Shown here: in pieces, positions 59,794-64,000 of the stretch | Position numbering within the stretch: the stretch's first letter is position 1 | How the letters are laid out: every line of letters begins with the position of its first letter | Assembly: GCF_018350175.1 (NCBI RefSeq) | Contig: NC_058378.1 | Span: forward strand, 4,650,001-4,714,000 | Reading direction: 5' to 3' | DNA: 64,000 bases | Source of the DNA: Felis catus | Lineage: Eukaryota | Position numbers and translations under genes: made by a program | The notes under the pieces: model-generated | Databases searched by the model: none | Told to the model about the DNA's origin: nothing | What the model saw: only the letters and a program-made list of their open reading frames with translations

Positions 59794-59988
59794 ATACATG
59801 TTCCTATCAACTAGAAACTGTCAAAGCCTCATTTCTCAAAATTCTTGCCAAATGTAACCTTCTCTACGAACCCAACCTGGACCACCTCCAAAAAGAATGA
59901 TTGTTCCCTCCTCGGAAAGAGCACTGTGCCTGTACATACCATCAGTCCTGTCATCATTAGAGAATATTAAGATTTCTTATTTACTTAT

Positions 59989-60362
59989 TAGTATGGGTTA
60001 AACTGTGTCTTCCCTCCTCGCCAAATTCATGGGTTGAAACCCAACTCCAGTACCTTTAAAGAGGTGATTAAGTTAAAATGAGGCTGTTAGGGTGACCCTG
60101 AGCCAAAGCGACTGGTGTCCTATAACAAGAGAAAATCTGGACACACAAGAGACACACACACAGACACGTGTGTGCACAGAGGGGCCGCCATGCGGGGAAG
60201 CATGAAGGCAGCCATCTACAAGCCAAGGAGAGAGGCCTTGGAGGAAAGCAACCCTGTTAACCCCGACCTTGGATGTCCAGCCTCCAGAACCGTGAGAAAA
60301 TAATTTCTGTTGTTCAAGCCACCCAGCCTGGGGTATTTCATTACAGCTGCCCCCACCTGACT
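59989..60362 (+). mobile_element. MaLR solo LTR (MLT1B-like)
   Basis: tatgggttaaactgtgtc...gaggtgattaagttaaaatgagg...cagcctccagaaccgtgagaaaataatttctgttgttcaagccaccc. Confidence 0.88.
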
Positions 60363-61512
60363 ATTTCCCTTGTCTGTCTCATTGAGGATGAGCTCCTTGA
60401 GGGCACCCACTGCGTCTCACAGGTGGTGCCCAGCACGGTGTCTGGAGCCTAGTAAATGTCCAGCAAGTGTTAGCTGAATGTATTTACTATGGAGGGAACG
60501 ATATATCTGATTACATATAAAATTATAAATTAAAATAATTTATCAGAAGCTAAAAATTATGTTTAATTTGGAAGGAAATTGAAAAATAAGAAAAGGTATA
60601 AAGAAAAATATTTAAAAGCCATTTATAATCCCATCCTTGGGCATGACCCCTTTTAGTATTTTGGTATTTTTCTTTCCAGTTCTTTTTTAATATTGACATA
60701 AACTTTAAGATTTCAAATATATATAAATTAAATATAAACACATATAAATAAATCCTAAGAAATGTATATATAGACATACACACAGAATTTTATATTACTC
60801 TTTTTCCCTGAACTATTTATATTTATATTTATATTTATATTTATATTTAATCATATACATATATAACCATTGCCTGTATTATATAATCTTTAAGAACATA
60901 CTTTTTAATAGTTACATAATGTTTTATCACATTTATCTATCAGAATTTAACTGTCTCTTATTTACATAGTTTCTGAGCTGATACTACAATAAGCCTCTTT
61001 GTATAAAAATCTTTACTCATGTCTCTACTATGTCCTTCAGATAAACTCGGTTAGGACTTGACACATGAATATCCAGCAGCTGTGATAGTATGGAAGGGTC
61101 ATTCTAGCAGGGTCAGACTCAGACTGTTATCCACGACTTCTATAATTTTCTATCTGTAGAACAGACTGAAACACAACATGCCAAACTCTGCATATGGCTT
61201 TCCTATGGAAATGAGAACACTGAGGTCTGAAGATGAACAACAGAAAGCAACAGAAAAGTATATGCACTAGGTCTGCACAAACGCACACAAGAATCCACCG
61301 TTTTACTATAGAGGATGTTACGGAAGGGCTCACCCGTGTCATGTGATGATCCAGGTAAGAAGAGACACGGAGTCTCCTCTGGTCTCTCCCTTCAGAGAAG
61401 GGGAAAATTGCCGTGGTTGACTGTCACCTGGGGAGGCTTCAAAGAAGGGACGGACCAGGCACTGAAGAACAACTGAATAACTACAGATTACAAAGGAAAA
61501 CAGCCCATATGT

Positions 61513-62190
61513 AGGAATCTGTGAGTATCTTACCTTCCATGGCAAAAGGGGAATTCATGTACTAGAAGAAATGGAGGTTGCTAATCATCTGACCTTCAAA
61601 GAGGGAGATTATCTGGCATTATACGGGGTGGGGGTGGTTTGTAACCTTAAATGAGGAAGAGGGAGGCAGAAAAGTCACAGTTGGAATAATGAAGTGTGAG
61701 AAAGACTCCATCAGGCATCCCTGGCTTTGAAGATGGAAGGAGCCAGGAGACTTCAGAGGCAGGCAGGGTTCTGAAACTGGAAAAGGTGAGAGAGAAATTT
61801 TCCTCTAGAGCATCCAGCAGGAGAGCAGTCTTGCTGAGACCTTGACTTTAGACCAGTGAGACTCTTATGTCAACTTTTAAAAAAGTTTTTTTCATGTTTA
61901 TTTGAGAGAGAGAGAGAGAGAGAGTGAGAGAGGGGCAGAGAGAGAAGGAGACACAGAATCTGAAGCAGGCTCCAGGCTCTGAACTGTCAGCACAGAGCCC
62001 TATGGGGGGGCCTGAACTCATGCACTGCAAGATCATGACCTGAGCTGAAGTCGGATGCTTAACTAACTGAGCCACCCAGGTTCCCCTCTTATATCAACTT
62101 CTAATTTCCAGAACTGTTAAAATAATTAATTTGTATTATGTTAAGCCACGAATTTTGTCGTGATTTATTACAACAGCAATAGGAAATACA
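61513..62190 (+). mobile_element. MaLR solo LTR (MLT1D-like) split by a Can-SINE
   Basis: ttaccttccatggcaaaagg, ctggctttgaagatggaagg, ...acagcaataggaaataca. Confidence 0.85.
61876..62085 (-). mobile_element. Can-SINE inserted in the LTR
   Basis: TSD ctcttat(g/a)tcaactt. Confidence 0.95.
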
Positions 62191-62577
62191 CCATAAAAAA
62201 ACAGAACTATACCAAAGGCACAAAGTCAAAATTCATGTGGGACATGAAATAAGCATATAGATTCAAGATTTCTGCAGGTGAACAGTGGGAGACAAGTCAA
62301 GGGAGCTAGCTTCAGGTGGGAAGGGAGGAAATTTGGAATGTCTTTCAAAATAATTTTTAAAGTTTTATCCTGCAGATGATAGAGGGCATTTAGGCAGGAG
62401 AGCGACATAATAAAAGTGATTATGTTTCAGCAAAATTAATCTGGTGGCATCACGTGAGGGAGATTTAATGGAGAAAGAGCAGCTAAGGTTTTAGAATAAT
62501 CTGAGTGTGAGATGGTAAGCGCCTGGCCTGGGCAGCAGCTTAAATAGAAATGGATGCTGAGAGATGAGAAACATTAC

Positions 62578-62883
62578 AAATGATAATCCACGTTCATATT
62601 CTTCCTGTATAGAGATCATTCTATAGACTTCCCCTAATTCCAGATTGTCAAGTGAAGTTCCAACGATGTAGGTGCACTGAGAGAAATCAAATGGTCCCTC
62701 AGTTAGAGCTCTCCACAGAGAACACATATCCCCTTTTAAAGTTTGTACCGTTCTACACTGAAGTACTTAGAACAAGACTGATGCTTTCTCTCGTTTCACC
62801 CCGTAAACCCAGATGATGAAAATGTATTATTGTCTAGTGAGAAGGGCTATGAAACGAATCGCCTGGTCCCAATGTCATTGCAT
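62578..62883 (-). pseudogene. Relic exon (306 nt, three stops, no frameshift), DDX60-like second RecA region
   Basis: Acceptor cttaaatag| and donor |gtaatg. FIALLTRQ*YIFIIWVYGVKREKA and FDFSQCTYIVGTSLDNLELGEVYRMI resemble DDX60 LVEKLRKMEKLPALFFLFKLGAVE and LEIPQDCTYADQKAVDTETLQKVFGRV. Confidence 0.5.
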
Positions 62884-64000
62884 CTATTTAAGCACGTAAT
62901 TGACTACAGACAATGGGAAACTTCCTTCTTTCAGTAACTGGGCTAGACTTTGCCTTCACATACAAAATATTTTTTAGAGAAAAGAAAAAATAAACCATTT
63001 AATTCTGTTTTCAAAAGAGCCCATGACCAGATGAAACTGAAGACCGTTTTCCTAGTATTTTTACCAGTAGTTATTTTGACCTAAGTCAGTAGAATGATAA
63101 AGTTGCCACAAGAACTTCCCAATTTCCCTTGAGTGTGTGTGTGTCCACCTTATTTATAGCCTCTCTAGGTAAATTGCATGTGATCACTTGGGTGTAAACT
63201 TGTGAAAAGTAATGTATTTGTTGACAGGCCCCTTCCATAGTCTAATCCTACCAATCATTCCATTCCTTCCTGTAAGAGAGATTTTCTCCTTAGTATCTGG
63301 ACTCAGAGTAGCTGCCCAGGTAGAGTTTGATGAATGGGTGACAGATGGATGGATTGATAAATGGATTAGAATCACAGGGTCAAATAATGTCCACGTTATC
63401 TACGGACTATGATGCGTGCAGCTGGGATGCTTCCTAACAACAGATTCCATCTCACTAGGAAACGTTCCAGCTGTTACTACACCAATTAATACTTGCAGTA
63501 CCAAGTTTCTGTGAATTTGATGTGTCCCTCCGTTGAACAAAAGTGAGATTAGATATCTTCCAGGTTCATTATATTCATGTTTTTCCTCTTTGGCCGGCTG
63601 GGTGTTCATTTCCTGGGTCCATTTACATGGAGATCTGGGTACATATCTTAGGTAATTTACACACACTATTTATAAATAAGACCATTGTGGCAAATGTTTT
63701 CTTCAGTTTGCTATTTGTACTTTGGCATAAGTGATTTTAACAGGCAGAAACTTTATATTTTAATATGCTCAAAATCTTCTATATTTATAGACTCAGAAAG
63801 TTCACCCCAGAGGTATTTTACCTCACTCTCCTCACCATGCACTGTGGCCTGTGAGCCTTTTTGCACAACTTTCCACAGGCCTGGGTGCAGTCCCTTTATG
63901 GCCTTGCATATGGTGTCTCCTTGTCAGATGTTCTTCCCTCACATCTCCTTGTCTGTTCTTCGAAACTGGTTACCTCCTGCACCCCCTTCCTATCTTTATA

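Noticed and set aside
879-62085. tRNA-like A/B boxes and recurring MAQ.VK..TSAQVMIS ORFs
   Set aside because: These are tRNA-derived Can-SINE heads, not tRNA genes or a peptide family.
41036-62883. Calling the fossil gene DDX60 or DDX60L
   Set aside because: Similarity is only scattered residues and the helicase motifs are degenerate. A true orthologue, even pseudogenised, should align obviously, so no gene symbol is given.
63184-63734. ORFs near the right edge as additional exons
   Set aside because: The sequence resembles old L2/L1 fragments and lacks convincing splice sites.
1-64000. CRISPR arrays, operons, rRNA or other prokaryotic-type systems
   Set aside because: The sequence is mammalian, and no regularly spaced repeat-spacer array or rRNA-like segment is seen.

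Overview
Mammalian genomic DNA from a feliform carnivore, probably a felid: about 30 Can-SINE/SINEC_Fc-type elements and a carnivore L1 3' end are present. It is a draft assembly with six N gaps. I find no intact protein-coding gene. Four non-repeat layers stand out. (1) A minus-strand series of splice-site-bounded but stop/frameshift-damaged exons at 41.0-62.9 kb. Their conceptual translations resemble, in collinear order, the C-terminal half of the Ski2-like helicase DDX60, but they are far too diverged to be DDX60 or DDX60L. (2) A second minus-strand set of relic exons at 32.5-34.1 kb and 0-3.3 kb. The last five join in matching phases into a nearly open frame encoding a domain I cannot name. 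(3) Two ancient intronless cTAGE5/MIA2 retrocopies (14.3-15.8 kb and 23.0-24.5 kb) inside an old tandem duplication that includes their flanks. (4) A CpG-island promoter at about 38.2-38.75 kb with three tandem ETS/GABP sites and strong plus-strand splice sites, suggesting a spliced non-coding transcript antisense to the fossil gene. The rest is SINE, L1, L2, MIR, MER and MaLR/ERV-LTR sequence. Protein-family assignments are by-eye comparisons with sequences recalled from memory, not database results. Repeat boundaries are approximate.
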